This document shows, one piece after another, positions 36,145-45,361 of a stretch of DNA of 64,000 nucleotides. The notes beneath the pieces were generated by a model. It did no database searches. It worked only from the letters and a program-made list of their open reading frames with translations, and was not told the origin of the DNA. The position numbers and the translations under genes were made by a program. Positions within the stretch are counted from its first letter, which is position 1. Every line of letters begins with the position of its first letter. Source of the stretch: an uncultured Bacilli bacterium. GTDB lineage: Bacteria > Bacillota_I > Bacilli_A > RF39 > UBA660. The stretch covers positions 23,504 through 87,503 of the forward strand of contig CAKONZ010000006.1 in assembly GCA_934098525.1 (NCBI GenBank), written 5' to 3'.

Positions 36145-37917
36145 TTACAGAGATTTTGTCTTACCTCTTACAAAAGAGAATAATTTACCTACATCTAATA
36201 TATTTACTTTACCATCATTATTTAAATCACATTCTTTTAATAATGATTCATCTTTTATAATAGATTTTCCTCTTACATGTGAAAATAACTTACCTACATC
36301 TAAAACATTTACTTTTCCATCATGATTGATATCTCCTTTTTTATAGGTAGGAGCATTATATTTTATTGTATATTCTTTTACTACTTCATCATTTACTTTT
36401 ACTATAAGTTTATTATTACTTATCTCAATAGTACAATTAGTACAAGTTATTTTACTTTTATCAATACTTTCATTTTGATTTAAATAAATATCATCTTTAC
36501 TTAAATCATATGTTGTACTTGATATTTTAGATAAAGTATATTGATCTAATATTTGATCATTTATTTTTATTAATAAATTATTATCACTTATTTCAATATT
36601 ACAATTTGTACAAGTTATTTTACTTTTATCAAAATTATTAGTACCTGTATAGATATAGTCTTTATTTAAATCATATGTTGTACTTGATATTTTTACTAAT
36701 TTATATTCTTTTACTACTTCATCGTTTGCTTTTATTATAAGTTTATTATTATTTGTCTCAATTGTACAGTTTATACAATTTATTTTACTTTTATCAAAGT
36801 CATTAGTACCTGTATAGATATAATCTTTATTTAAATCATATACTTCACTTGTATAATCATATACATATATGTTTCCTGATACTTGCATATCTTTAGCATT
36901 AGAAGAAGAGGATTCTTTAATACCATTTAATGTTGCTGTTATTTTAGAATTTCCTGATTTTAATCCTGTTATTTTTTCTTCTTCATATTTTGCTATTTCA
37001 GTGTTTTCGATTTCATAACTTATTGGAAATTTAGATGGTAATTTTATATTTCTTGTTTCTTTTATTGATTCATCTTTTTTTAAGTAAACACTTCCTAGTG
37101 TAAGTTTATTATTATCTAAACTTATTTTAGTTAGGCTTGTATTGTTACTTAAATCTATTATAGTTAAATTATTGTTACCTAAATCTATTAATGTCAACTT
37201 AGTATTTTTACTTACATCTATTGCAGTTAAGCCTGTTTTGTATAGTCTTAACTTTGTTAAATTTGTATTTTTACTCACATCAATAGAATTCAGATTATTA
37301 TTTCCTAAATCTAAAGATACTAAATTTTTATTGTTACTTAAATTAATTGTTGTCAAATTATTATATCCTAAATTCAATTCTGTTAAATTTACATTGTTGC
37401 TTAAATCTATTGTACTTAGTTTATTATAACCTAAACTTAAAAATGTTAGATTTGTATTTTTACTTATGTCTATAACATTCAATTTATTGTAATATAAATT
37501 TAAGGATGTTAAATTTACATTGTTACTTATGTCTATTGCAGTTAAATTATTATCATATAGGTTTAAAGATGTTAAATTAGTTAGCCTTTCAATACCACTT
37601 GCATCTGTTATTTTTTCTTCATCTGTCTTTTTATAACCAATACAACTTAATTCTGTTATAGTAAGTAATTGTTCATCTGTTAAGTTTGTTGTGTATGGTA
37701 ATGATGTGTTATTTTGTGTGTTATAGGTATCTATTATACAATTATATAGGTTATCGTCTTTAAAGTTTTTATTTACTGGTTCTTTATATGTTTTGTTAGT
37801 GGTTGTTTGGTCTAGTTTTTCCATTTTATTAATATTATGTATTGTTATTACTGGTATTAAGGCTATTAATAGTATTGTTACTGCGATTATTATTTTTTGT
37901 TTTTTGTTTTTTCTCAT
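36145..37917 (-). CDS. LRR protein with three 55-aa repeats and a C-terminal type-I-like dockerin
   Basis: Internalin-like 22-aa LRRs (NLTSLNLY.N.LT.IDIS.N) and 3 x 55-aa repeats. The C-terminus has DINHDGKVNVLD...DLNNDGKVNILD, i.e. duplicated DxNxDGxxNxxD Ca-binding loops. Start set at ATG 37917, behind GGGTGAT. Confidence 0.8.
   Translation of the reverse strand: MRKNKKQKIIIAVTILLIALIPVITIHNINKMEKLDQTTTNKTYKEPVNKNFKDDNLYNCIIDTYNTQNNTSLPYTTNLTDEQLLTITELSCIGYKKTDEEKITDASGIERLTNLTSLNLYDNNLTAIDISNNVNLTSLNLYYNKLNVIDISKNTNLTFLSLGYNKLSTIDLSNNVNLTELNLGYNNLTTINLSNNKNLVSLDLGNNNLNSIDVSKNTNLTKLRLYKTGLTAIDVSKNTKLTLIDLGNNNLTIIDLSNNTSLTKISLDNNKLTLGSVYLKKDESIKETRNIKLPSKFPISYEIENTEIAKYEEEKITGLKSGNSKITATLNGIKESSSSNAKDMQVSGNIYVYDYTSEVYDLNKDYIYTGTNDFDKSKINCINCTIETNNNKLIIKANDEVVKEYKLVKISSTTYDLNKDYIYTGTNNFDKSKITCTNCNIEISDNNLLIKINDQILDQYTLSKISSTTYDLSKDDIYLNQNESIDKSKITCTNCTIEISNNKLIVKVNDEVVKEYTIKYNAPTYKKGDINHDGKVNVLDVGKLFSHVRGKSIIKDESLLKECDLNNDGKVNILDVGKLFSFVRGKTKSL
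36346..36840 (-). repeat. Three in-frame 165-nt tandem repeats (55-aa modules YDL.KD.IY...DKSKI.C.NC.IE...NKL..K.ND)
   Basis: Module starts (TATGATTTAA on the minus strand) at 36840, 36675 and 36510, an exact 165-nt spacing. Confidence 0.85.
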
Positions 37918-38030
37918 ATACATCACCCTATCTTAAGGCCATTATAGTATATTTTTCTTTTATTTTCTACATATTTTGTTTTTTATTATTTTTTTTTGAC
38001 ATTTTTTGATACAATTATATTGGTGATTAG

Positions 38031-38594
38031 ATGAAGATTATTAAAAATAATGTTAATTATATATATGAGATAAAGAAGTCTAAGTTTATATGTTTTTTGT
38101 TTTATGTAGAAGATGAGATTAATGTTAATAATATTTTAGATGATTTAAGATTAAAGTATAGTGACGCTAATCATATATGTTATGCTTATATTTTTTCTAA
38201 TAAACAAAAATATGATGATGATAAGGAACCTAGTGGTACAGCTGGAATACCAATTTTAGAGGTTCTTAAAAAGAATGATTTGACTAATATATTAGCAGTG
38301 GTTGTTAGATATTTTGGCGGAATTAAATTAGGGGCTGGTGGATTAATAAGAGCTTATATGAATTCTGTTAAGAGTGCAATTGATTTGTGTGATATTACTT
38401 CTTATAAGGAGTTTATTTATGTCAATATTTATTTTTCTTATAGTGATGAGGGTTATGTTAAGAGTATTTTAAAGGATGAAGAGATTATTTCTAAGGAGTA
38501 TTTAGATGAGGTTAAGTATTTTGTTAGGATAGATAAAAGTAATTATTCAATAATAAAAGAAAGACTTAGTAATATAAAAATAGAAGAAATTTGA
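38031..38594 (+). CDS. YigZ/IMPACT-family protein (UPF0029)
   Basis: EIKKSKFICFLF...ANHICYAY...DDDKEPSGTAGIPIL...VVVRYFGGIKLGAGGLIRAY. Confidence 0.85.
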   Translation: MKIIKNNVNYIYEIKKSKFICFLFYVEDEINVNNILDDLRLKYSDANHICYAYIFSNKQKYDDDKEPSGTAGIPILEVLKKNDLTNILAVVVRYFGGIKLGAGGLIRAYMNSVKSAIDLCDITSYKEFIYVNIYFSYSDEGYVKSILKDEEIISKEYLDEVKYFVRIDKSNYSIIKERLSNIKIEEI

Positions 38595-38606
38595 TTTTAA
38601 TTTCTT

Positions 38607-39332
38607 CTATTTTATTTGTTGTAAAAAATCTTTTGATTTTAAATATAGACCTGTATATTTAGTATAGTAATTTTCTAAGAATTGGTTTATTTCTTGTTTG
38701 TTTTTATCTTTTATGTTTATTTCTTTTATTTTTTTTATGTCTACATAGTTAAACATTCTTAGTAGTTTTATTGTTTTTTCATCTACTATATATTCATTAG
38801 TATAACAGTTTTTGCATACATAACCACCAGCATCACTACTTATTGTAATTATATCATTGTTGTTTTGGCATATACTACAGGAATCAAGTATAGGAGATAC
38901 TCCTAGAAATGATAAGTATTTTAGTTCTATTATATTAGTAATTGTCATTGGATCAAAGTTTTGTTCTATTTTTAAAAGAGAACTTTCTAGATATGAATAA
39001 AGATTTTGTTCTACATCTTTTTGTACTTGATTAGTTAAATCTATTAAATACATAGCGTATCCTAAATATTTAAGATTTTTTTTGATGTTTTTAAACTCAT
39101 TTATTATATCAACACTTATTAATGTAGATAGACCTTGTTCTTTATAATATATATTAAAATATCCATAGGTCAATTTAGTACTAACACTTCTTAATTTACT
39201 TTTTAAATTCTTACATCCTTTAGATATTATACCTATTTTTTTATGTTCTTCTGTTAATACTTGAAGAATTTTACTAGATTCAGAGTATGATGTTTCACTT
39301 ATTATTATGCCTTTCACTTTTTCTATTTTCAT
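38607..39332 (-). CDS. recO: DNA repair protein RecO
   Basis: N-terminal OB fold (KGIIISETSYSESSKIL), a central Cys4 (CSIC...CKNC), and synteny after era. Confidence 0.88.
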   Translation of the reverse strand: MKIEKVKGIIISETSYSESSKILQVLTEEHKKIGIISKGCKNLKSKLRSVSTKLTYGYFNIYYKEQGLSTLISVDIINEFKNIKKNLKYLGYAMYLIDLTNQVQKDVEQNLYSYLESSLLKIEQNFDPMTITNIIELKYLSFLGVSPILDSCSICQNNNDIITISSDAGGYVCKNCYTNEYIVDEKTIKLLRMFNYVDIKKIKEINIKDKNKQEINQFLENYYTKYTGLYLKSKDFLQQIK

Positions 39333-39414
39333 CTATGTTCTCCATTCCTTTTAGTAAATTATAATATCTTAAATCCCCTGTTTGTTTAAATAAATTCCAT
39401 AATAAATTTTTCAT
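39295..39414 (-). CDS. yqzL: YqzL-family small protein (39 aa; not in the ORF track)
   Basis: MKNLLWNLFKQTGDLRYYNLLKGMEN... matches the YqzL W..F..TG....Y.L.K pattern and the era-yqzL-recO synteny. Its 3' end overlaps the recO start out of frame. Confidence 0.6.
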   Translation of the reverse strand: MKNLLWNLFKQTGDLRYYNLLKGMENIDENRKSERHNNK

Positions 39415-39453
39415 TAGTATCACCATATATATATTGATACTTTTTATATATTA

Positions 39454-40338
39454 TTATTCATCATTTTCAGTAATACCTAAATATTCAAATAGGTTCTCTT
39501 TGTCTCTCCAGTTTTCTATTGTTTTTACATATAATTCTAGATAAACTTTTTTGTCTAATAATTCTTCTATTTCTATTCTTGATAGTTGTCCTATTTTTTT
39601 AAGCATTGTTCCTTGTTTACCTATTATTATTTTTTTTAGATTGTCACGATCTACTACTATTAAAGCATTTATATAAGCTTTATTTTTTTTGAATTCTATT
39701 TTTTCTACTAATGTTGTTATAGCATGTGGTACTTCTTCTTTGGTTAACATTAATACTTTTTCTCTTATTATTTCACTTATCATGAATTTTTCTGATACAT
39801 TTGTTATTATGTCATCAGAAAAATATTTTATATCATCTTTTAAATATTTTTTTATTGTTTCTATTAAATCATCAACTGTTTTGTCTTTTAATGATGACAT
39901 TGGTATTATTTCTTTAAAGTTATATAAATCTTTTATATTTGTTATTTCTTTTAATAGTTTTTCTTTATCTATTTTGTCTACTTTGTTTAATATTAAGATG
40001 ACATCTTTATTGTCTTGTTTTAGTTTTTCTAATATTCTTTGATCATTTTTTCCAAAACCAGATGATATATCTATTACAAATAATACTAAGTCATTTTCTA
40101 TTGATGAATAAGCTTTTTTGTTTAGTGTGTCTCCAAGTTTATTGAATGATTTTTGGATACCAGGTGTGTCTATAAATATTATTTGGGTATCTTTTTCATT
40201 GTATATACCAAATATATTGTTTCTTGTTGTTCCTACTTTGTCTGATGTTATTGCTATTTTTCTATTTACTAATCTATTTATTAGGGTGCTTTTTCCGACA
40301 TTAGGACGCCCTACTATACTTACGAATCCACTTTTCAT
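39454..40338 (-). CDS. era: GTPase Era
   Basis: GRPNVGKST, DTPG, NKVD and a C-terminal KH domain. Confidence 0.95.
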   Translation of the reverse strand: MKSGFVSIVGRPNVGKSTLINRLVNRKIAITSDKVGTTRNNIFGIYNEKDTQIIFIDTPGIQKSFNKLGDTLNKKAYSSIENDLVLFVIDISSGFGKNDQRILEKLKQDNKDVILILNKVDKIDKEKLLKEITNIKDLYNFKEIIPMSSLKDKTVDDLIETIKKYLKDDIKYFSDDIITNVSEKFMISEIIREKVLMLTKEEVPHAITTLVEKIEFKKNKAYINALIVVDRDNLKKIIIGKQGTMLKKIGQLSRIEIEELLDKKVYLELYVKTIENWRDKENLFEYLGITENDE

Positions 40339-40721
40339 CTTAAGTCCTCACTATCAAATGGAAAAGGACATAATTCTTCTTTGGTATATGTCTCTTTTTC
40401 TTTTTTATTATTATATAATATTATTTTTGTATTGTTATCAAATAATTCTGATATTACTTGACGACATAAAAAGCATGGAGAGGATATTTTATCAGTATCA
40501 CACATGATATGTAATTCTTTAAAGTCACATTTTTTGTATCCGTTTGATATGGCTGATGTAATAGCATTTCTTTCAGCACATATGCTTGCTCCATATGATA
40601 TATTTTCTACATTTACACCTTTGAATTCTTTATTGTCTTTAGTTATTACTATGGCTGATACTCTAAAGTTTGAGTATGGTGAATATGAGTTTTCTAATAA
40701 TTCTTCTAATTTATTTTCCAT
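40335..40721 (-). CDS. cdd: Cytidine deaminase
   Basis: CAERNAI and PCFLCRQ zinc-ligand motifs; 128 aa. Confidence 0.92.
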   Translation of the reverse strand: MENKLEELLENSYSPYSNFRVSAIVITKDNKEFKGVNVENISYGASICAERNAITSAISNGYKKCDFKELHIMCDTDKISSPCFLCRQVISELFDNNTKIILYNNKKEKETYTKEELCPFPFDSEDLR

Positions 40722-40730
40722 GGTTACCTC

Positions 40731-41129
40731 TTAGAATAATGCGATTATTTTTGGTATAAAGATTGATAAACCTATAATTGCTGCAAAAATAGACATAATA
40801 CCTACTGCTCCACTGGCACAATCTTTAGCTACTTTTGCTAAGGGATGTTTTTCTGGTGATACTAAGTCTACTACTGCTTCAATAGCTGTATTTACCATTT
40901 CTAATGACATTACTAATCCTATTAAGATTAAAACTGCTAAACGTTCTGGTTTGTTTAGTTTGAATATTATTCCTAATAATAGTGTTAATATACCTACTAT
41001 AAACATAACTATTATGTTTTGTTCATGATAGAAAGCATATCTCATTCCTTCGGCACAATACTTAAATGATTTTATAAATCTTTTTAAACTTTTTTTATTT
41101 TTCTTGTACATTTGTAAATCTTTTTCCAT
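40731..41129 (-). CDS. dgkA: Diacylglycerol/undecaprenol kinase DgkA family
   Basis: Three TM helices, EMVNTAIEAVVD motif, and synteny ybeY-dgkA-cdd. The start may be the internal ATG at 41111. Confidence 0.85.
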   Translation of the reverse strand: MEKDLQMYKKNKKSLKRFIKSFKYCAEGMRYAFYHEQNIIVMFIVGILTLLLGIIFKLNKPERLAVLILIGLVMSLEMVNTAIEAVVDLVSPEKHPLAKVAKDCASGAVGIMSIFAAIIGLSIFIPKIIALF

Positions 41130-41571
41130 TTAATATCATCTCCTGTTTTGCAAACATTATTTTTTCATCTTTTTCTTTCATGTGATCATATCCTAGTAAA
41201 TGTAGTAGTCCATGTACTGATAGAAAGCATATTTCTCTTGTTAATGAGTGTTTATATTCTTTAGCTTGTTCTCTAGCTTTGTCAATTGATATATATATAT
41301 CTCCTAGAATTCTTTTTCCTTTTGGAGTTTCTTTTTTTTCATCTTCTAGAGCAAAACTAATTACATCTGTTGGTCTATCTATATTTCTATATTGTTTATT
41401 TATTTCATGAATTGTTTTGTTGTCTACTATTATTACATTAAAGTATATATTTTTTAAATTTTCTACTTTTATAGCATGTTTTAGTATACTTTTGATGTAT
41501 TTTGTTTCTTTTTTTAAATTTTCATTTGTTTCATTATAAATATTAAATTTTTTTATGGAATCAAAAACCAT
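41095..41571 (-). CDS. ybeY: rRNA maturation RNase YbeY
   Basis: HGLLHLLGYDH zinc motif. Confidence 0.92.
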   Translation of the reverse strand: MVFDSIKKFNIYNETNENLKKETKYIKSILKHAIKVENLKNIYFNVIIVDNKTIHEINKQYRNIDRPTDVISFALEDEKKETPKGKRILGDIYISIDKAREQAKEYKHSLTREICFLSVHGLLHLLGYDHMKEKDEKIMFAKQEMILNGKRFTNVQEK

Positions 41572-42152
41572 ATTAATCCTCCTACTGCTAATATTGATAC
41601 TATATTTAAAAATTTATCATTTTTTATGAATGTTATTTTTTCTGATATTTTTTCTATTATTTCAAAAAACATAAATCCTAATAATGATCCTATTACATTT
41701 AATAATATATCATCAACATCAAATACTCTTCCTATTACGGATTGAGTTATTTCAATTGATAGAGATATTATAAAAGATATTAATATTACATATCTTATGT
41801 CTTTTATTTTTATATATCTTTTTATAAATATTCCTAAAGGAAAGAATAATAAAACATTACCTAAGATATTTTTTATAAATAATTTACTTCCTAATTCATA
41901 TCTTAATATTTCCTTAAAGGGAATAAAATTTGAACCAGACCAAGTTACATCTTGAAATGTTACAGCTTGGAATAGACATAATACATATATTATAAATGCT
42001 AATGAGAACAATTCTTTATGAAGTATAAATTTTTCTTTTTGGTTTATTAGATATGCTATTCTTAGTGATGAGGCTATTATAATAGCTATAATTAGTATAG
42101 GCCAAGTATAGTTTAAAATCATAAGGGCTTGTTCTTTCATTTCTATCATCAT
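41553..42152 (-). CDS. VanZ-family membrane protein
   Basis: NVLLFFPLGIF...EITQSVIGRVFDVDDILLNVIGSLLGF. Confidence 0.7.
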   Translation of the reverse strand: MMIEMKEQALMILNYTWPILIIAIIIASSLRIAYLINQKEKFILHKELFSLAFIIYVLCLFQAVTFQDVTWSGSNFIPFKEILRYELGSKLFIKNILGNVLLFFPLGIFIKRYIKIKDIRYVILISFIISLSIEITQSVIGRVFDVDDILLNVIGSLLGFMFFEIIEKISEKITFIKNDKFLNIVSILAVGGLIWFLIP

Positions 42153-43303
42153 TAATTATCATCTTCTTCTATTAAGATTTCTTTTATATCTTCTTCTTGT
42201 GATATTTCTTCATATATTTCAAAAAATGTTTCTATATACATTTTATCATCTTTATAATAGTTTTTCAAAGTTTTTTGTTTTATTATATATTCATCACTGT
42301 TTAATGAGGATTTCATTTTTTGAATTGATCTTTTATTTAATAATTCTTTTAATTCTTTTAGGTTATATTTTTGTTTATTGTATTCATATATGTTTTCTGT
42401 TTTAAATGTTATTTTCATATTAGATAGATTTAAGTTTATTTGTTTTTCTTTTTTTGGTTTGGTTTTGTATTTTATTATGTTTATTTCTTTACCTAGAATG
42501 TTTAAACTTATTTTATTATTAGAATTTTTTATGGTTTTATTTTTATAGTAAAGTGGTGATGATGATATTACTTTATACCAAGTTTTAGCATATACTTTTC
42601 CTTTGGCTTTTACTTTATTTACTATGTTATCATTTCTATGAATATCACCACTTATTATTATATCTCCTTTTTTTACATAATCTCCTTTAAATTTTACTAT
42701 TTCACCTTTTTCTCCATATATATCTACTATATATCCGTTTTTTCTAGCTACTATATTCTTAGGAGTTGTTTCGTCTGTTTCTTCTTTATCTTTTATTCTT
42801 TCTACTAAGTCAACTTCCATAGTAATTCCTTTTTGTTTTATTTCTATCCATTCTACATTATCTTTTAGTTTGTTTTTTATTTTGTCTTCTATTGTGTTTA
42901 GTTTTTTATTACTTTGTTTTTTCATATATAGTTTTATATTATTTTCTTTTAGGGTGTTGTTTATTAAGGTATATAGTTCTTTTTTTTCAGTATTTATTTT
43001 TATAAAGTAAATATGATTTGAAATAAATAATAATAAGAAGGAAAAACAAATAAAAGTTATAATAAAAACACTATAACTTTTTATTTGTCTTTTTACTTTT
43101 TTTGTACCATTAGTATTTATTATTGTTATTTCATTTATATAGTTGATTTTTTTTATTTTTTTGTAGTCTTCATAACTACATTTTAAGATGATTTCTTTTT
43201 CTAATATTTTTATATCAAATACATTAATATTATTTTTAAATATTTTATTTAATAAGTTTTTTCTACTTTTACCTGTTATTTTTATTGTGTAATAGTTTAT
43301 CAT
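42152..43303 (-). CDS. yqfD: Sporulation protein YqfD
   Basis: 383 aa. N-terminus YYTIKITGKSRKNLLNKIFKNNINVFDI, one central TM segment, and a position directly after yqfC. Confidence 0.75.
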   Translation of the reverse strand: MINYYTIKITGKSRKNLLNKIFKNNINVFDIKILEKEIILKCSYEDYKKIKKINYINEITIINTNGTKKVKRQIKSYSVFIITFICFSFLLLFISNHIYFIKINTEKKELYTLINNTLKENNIKLYMKKQSNKKLNTIEDKIKNKLKDNVEWIEIKQKGITMEVDLVERIKDKEETDETTPKNIVARKNGYIVDIYGEKGEIVKFKGDYVKKGDIIISGDIHRNDNIVNKVKAKGKVYAKTWYKVISSSPLYYKNKTIKNSNNKISLNILGKEINIIKYKTKPKKEKQINLNLSNMKITFKTENIYEYNKQKYNLKELKELLNKRSIQKMKSSLNSDEYIIKQKTLKNYYKDDKMYIETFFEIYEEISQEEDIKEILIEEDDN

Positions 43304-43533
43304 ACTAATTCTATCCTTTTTATTTTACCAAGTATTAGGACTTCCATGTCTAATAATTTACTTATTATTAGATTTTCTCCATATATATTTAAGATAAAAG
43401 TATTACAATCTATTTTAATTATTTCATCTTTTACTTCTTTTATTTCTTTATAATTTATTATGTTTATTTTATTGTTATCTAAATTTATTTTTAATTTTTC
43501 ATCTTTTATTTGTCTTAAGATATTTTTAAACAT
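43300..43533 (-). CDS. yqfC: Sporulation protein YqfC (YabP family)
   Basis: LNIYGENLIISKLLDMEVLILGKIKRIEL is colinear with the B. subtilis YqfC C-terminus. 4-nt overlap with yqfD. Confidence 0.7.
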   Translation of the reverse strand: MFKNILRQIKDEKLKINLDNNKINIINYKEIKEVKDEIIKIDCNTFILNIYGENLIISKLLDMEVLILGKIKRIELV

Positions 43534-43582
43534 TAGATCACCTTTATATAATTTTATTTATAAAGTTTAAAAAAAACACAAA

Positions 43583-44554
43583 TTATTTTGTGTTTCTATT
43601 TAAGGATATTACTTTGTGTTTATTTTTTGTTTGTTCATAATCTTTTAAAGTCATTAATATTAGTTTAGATATGTTTTTATTTTGTGATGAGATTAATGTT
43701 TGTACTAAATCAATATTTTCTTTTATTGTTTTTATATCGGTACCAGATAAAGCTGTTTTTATTGTTATTAAGTGGATTATTATTTCTTTTAGTTTTTTTG
43801 GATTATCTAGATCTAAATCATTATATGAGTTATTTAATTCTATTAAAGAATATAGTAATTGATGAGAAGTTTCATCATTTAAAAAATCTTCATACAATAA
43901 GCCACCTTGTTGATATTTCATTTCTGCATCTAATTTTCCTCCAATATATGGAAAATCTATATAGTCATATCCTTCTTCTAAATATGTGTTTTCAAGTGTG
44001 CTATTTATAAAAATTATATTATATTTAGTTCTTATTAATTCTTTTTTTAAATAATTAGGATATTCATTTATTGCTTCTTCAATGTTGTTTATTAGTATTT
44101 TATTTATATCTTTTTTGACATCTATAGTTATATTAACTGTTGCAGAGTAGCAATATTCCCCTACTTCTTTTGGTAGATTATAACCTTTTAAGATTTCATT
44201 TTTCATTTCTTTTGATGCTAATGCGAATGGTTTAAAAAAGTTTATTATTCTTTTGTTTATTAAAGAATCTATGTTATCGTTACAGTAGTAATCAACATTA
44301 TCTATTTCAACTATTTTTTCTTTTTCTAATAAATAGTTATATATTCTATTAGCTTTTTCTGGTTCTAAATATTTACTTGCATATGGAATTTCTTCAATTA
44401 AAGTGTACATTATATTTCTTGTTACTTCTTCTTTTTCTTCCTTTTTGTTATTTAGATCGAGTTCCATTAGTTTTTCATATTGTTTATATAATGATTGGTC
44501 TACTTTTTTTAAGGCATTTATATCTTCTTGTTCTTCTTTACTTAAATAATACAT
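43583..44554 (-). CDS. Hypothetical cytoplasmic protein
   Basis: 323-aa ORF with no TM segment and no recognised motif. Confidence 0.5.
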   Translation of the reverse strand: MYYLSKEEQEDINALKKVDQSLYKQYEKLMELDLNNKKEEKEEVTRNIMYTLIEEIPYASKYLEPEKANRIYNYLLEKEKIVEIDNVDYYCNDNIDSLINKRIINFFKPFALASKEMKNEILKGYNLPKEVGEYCYSATVNITIDVKKDINKILINNIEEAINEYPNYLKKELIRTKYNIIFINSTLENTYLEEGYDYIDFPYIGGKLDAEMKYQQGGLLYEDFLNDETSHQLLYSLIELNNSYNDLDLDNPKKLKEIIIHLITIKTALSGTDIKTIKENIDLVQTLISSQNKNISKLILMTLKDYEQTKNKHKVISLNRNTK

Positions 44555-44579
44555 ATTTTTCCCCCTTTTTTAGTGGATT

Positions 44580-45026
44580 TTAATTGTTAAGTTTTTCTTT
44601 TATAATGCTAGAAGCTTTTGATAGGTCATATCTATTTTTTACTTTTGGTGTTATTTCTTTCATTACTAAGCCAAATTCTTTATTTGATGTAGCATTGTTA
44701 TTTTTTATTGCTTCTTCAATTATTTTTGTTACTTCTTCATCTGTTAGTTGTTCTGGCATATATTTTTTTAATATTTCTATTTCTTTGTTATAAGATTCTA
44801 CAAGATCAGTTCTATTTGCTTTTTTGAATTCTTCGATTGAATCGTTTCTCATTTTTATTTGTTTATTGATTACTGATAATATTAATTCATCATTTTCTTC
44901 TTTTTTATTGTTTATTACTTCTAGTTGTACTGCACCTTTTACTGATCTTAATGTATTAAGTTCATCTTTGTTTTTTTCTTTCATTGCTTTTATTAAATCT
45001 TCTTTTAATTTTTGTTTTAAGTCCAT
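44580..45026 (-). CDS. GatB/YqeY domain protein
   Basis: MDLKQKLKEDLIKAMKEKNK...LRSVKGAV, and synteny after rpsU. Confidence 0.85.
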   Translation of the reverse strand: MDLKQKLKEDLIKAMKEKNKDELNTLRSVKGAVQLEVINNKKEENDELILSVINKQIKMRNDSIEEFKKANRTDLVESYNKEIEILKKYMPEQLTDEEVTKIIEEAIKNNNATSNKEFGLVMKEITPKVKNRYDLSKASSIIKEKLNN

Positions 45027-45074
45027 AGTTTCCTCCTTATTTTAAAAATAGAGAAAGTTTCCTTTCTCTACTTG

Positions 45075-45260
45075 TTATCTATCTTTATTTCTTTTTTTAG
45101 AATTGATGATGTTTTTCTTACGTTCTTCTCTTCTTACGTCTCCTGGTTTAGAATAAAATTTTCTTTTTTTAACTTCTGAAAGGACTCCGTCGCGTGAACA
45201 TTGTTGTTTAAATCTTCTTAAAGCGTTATCTAAATTACCTTTTACTGCTACTTGTGTCAT
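45075..45260 (-). CDS. rpsU: 30S ribosomal protein S21
   Basis: LDNALRRFKQQCSRDGVLSEVKKRKFYSKPGDVRREE. Confidence 0.93.
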   Translation of the reverse strand: MTQVAVKGNLDNALRRFKQQCSRDGVLSEVKKRKFYSKPGDVRREERKKNIINSKKRNKDR

Positions 45261-45361
45261 TATTTTCGTCCCTCCTTCCGTGCTTTTCTATCAAAGATTA
45301 TAACAAATTATATTCCAAATTTCAACTTTTTTTTTAATTTTTTACATAATATTTCTTAATA

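Noticed and set aside
40118-40507. 129-aa plus-strand ORF spanning the era/cdd junction (also 39689-40042)
   Set aside because: Antisense to two well-supported genes, with hydrophobic mirror-frame composition and no RBS.
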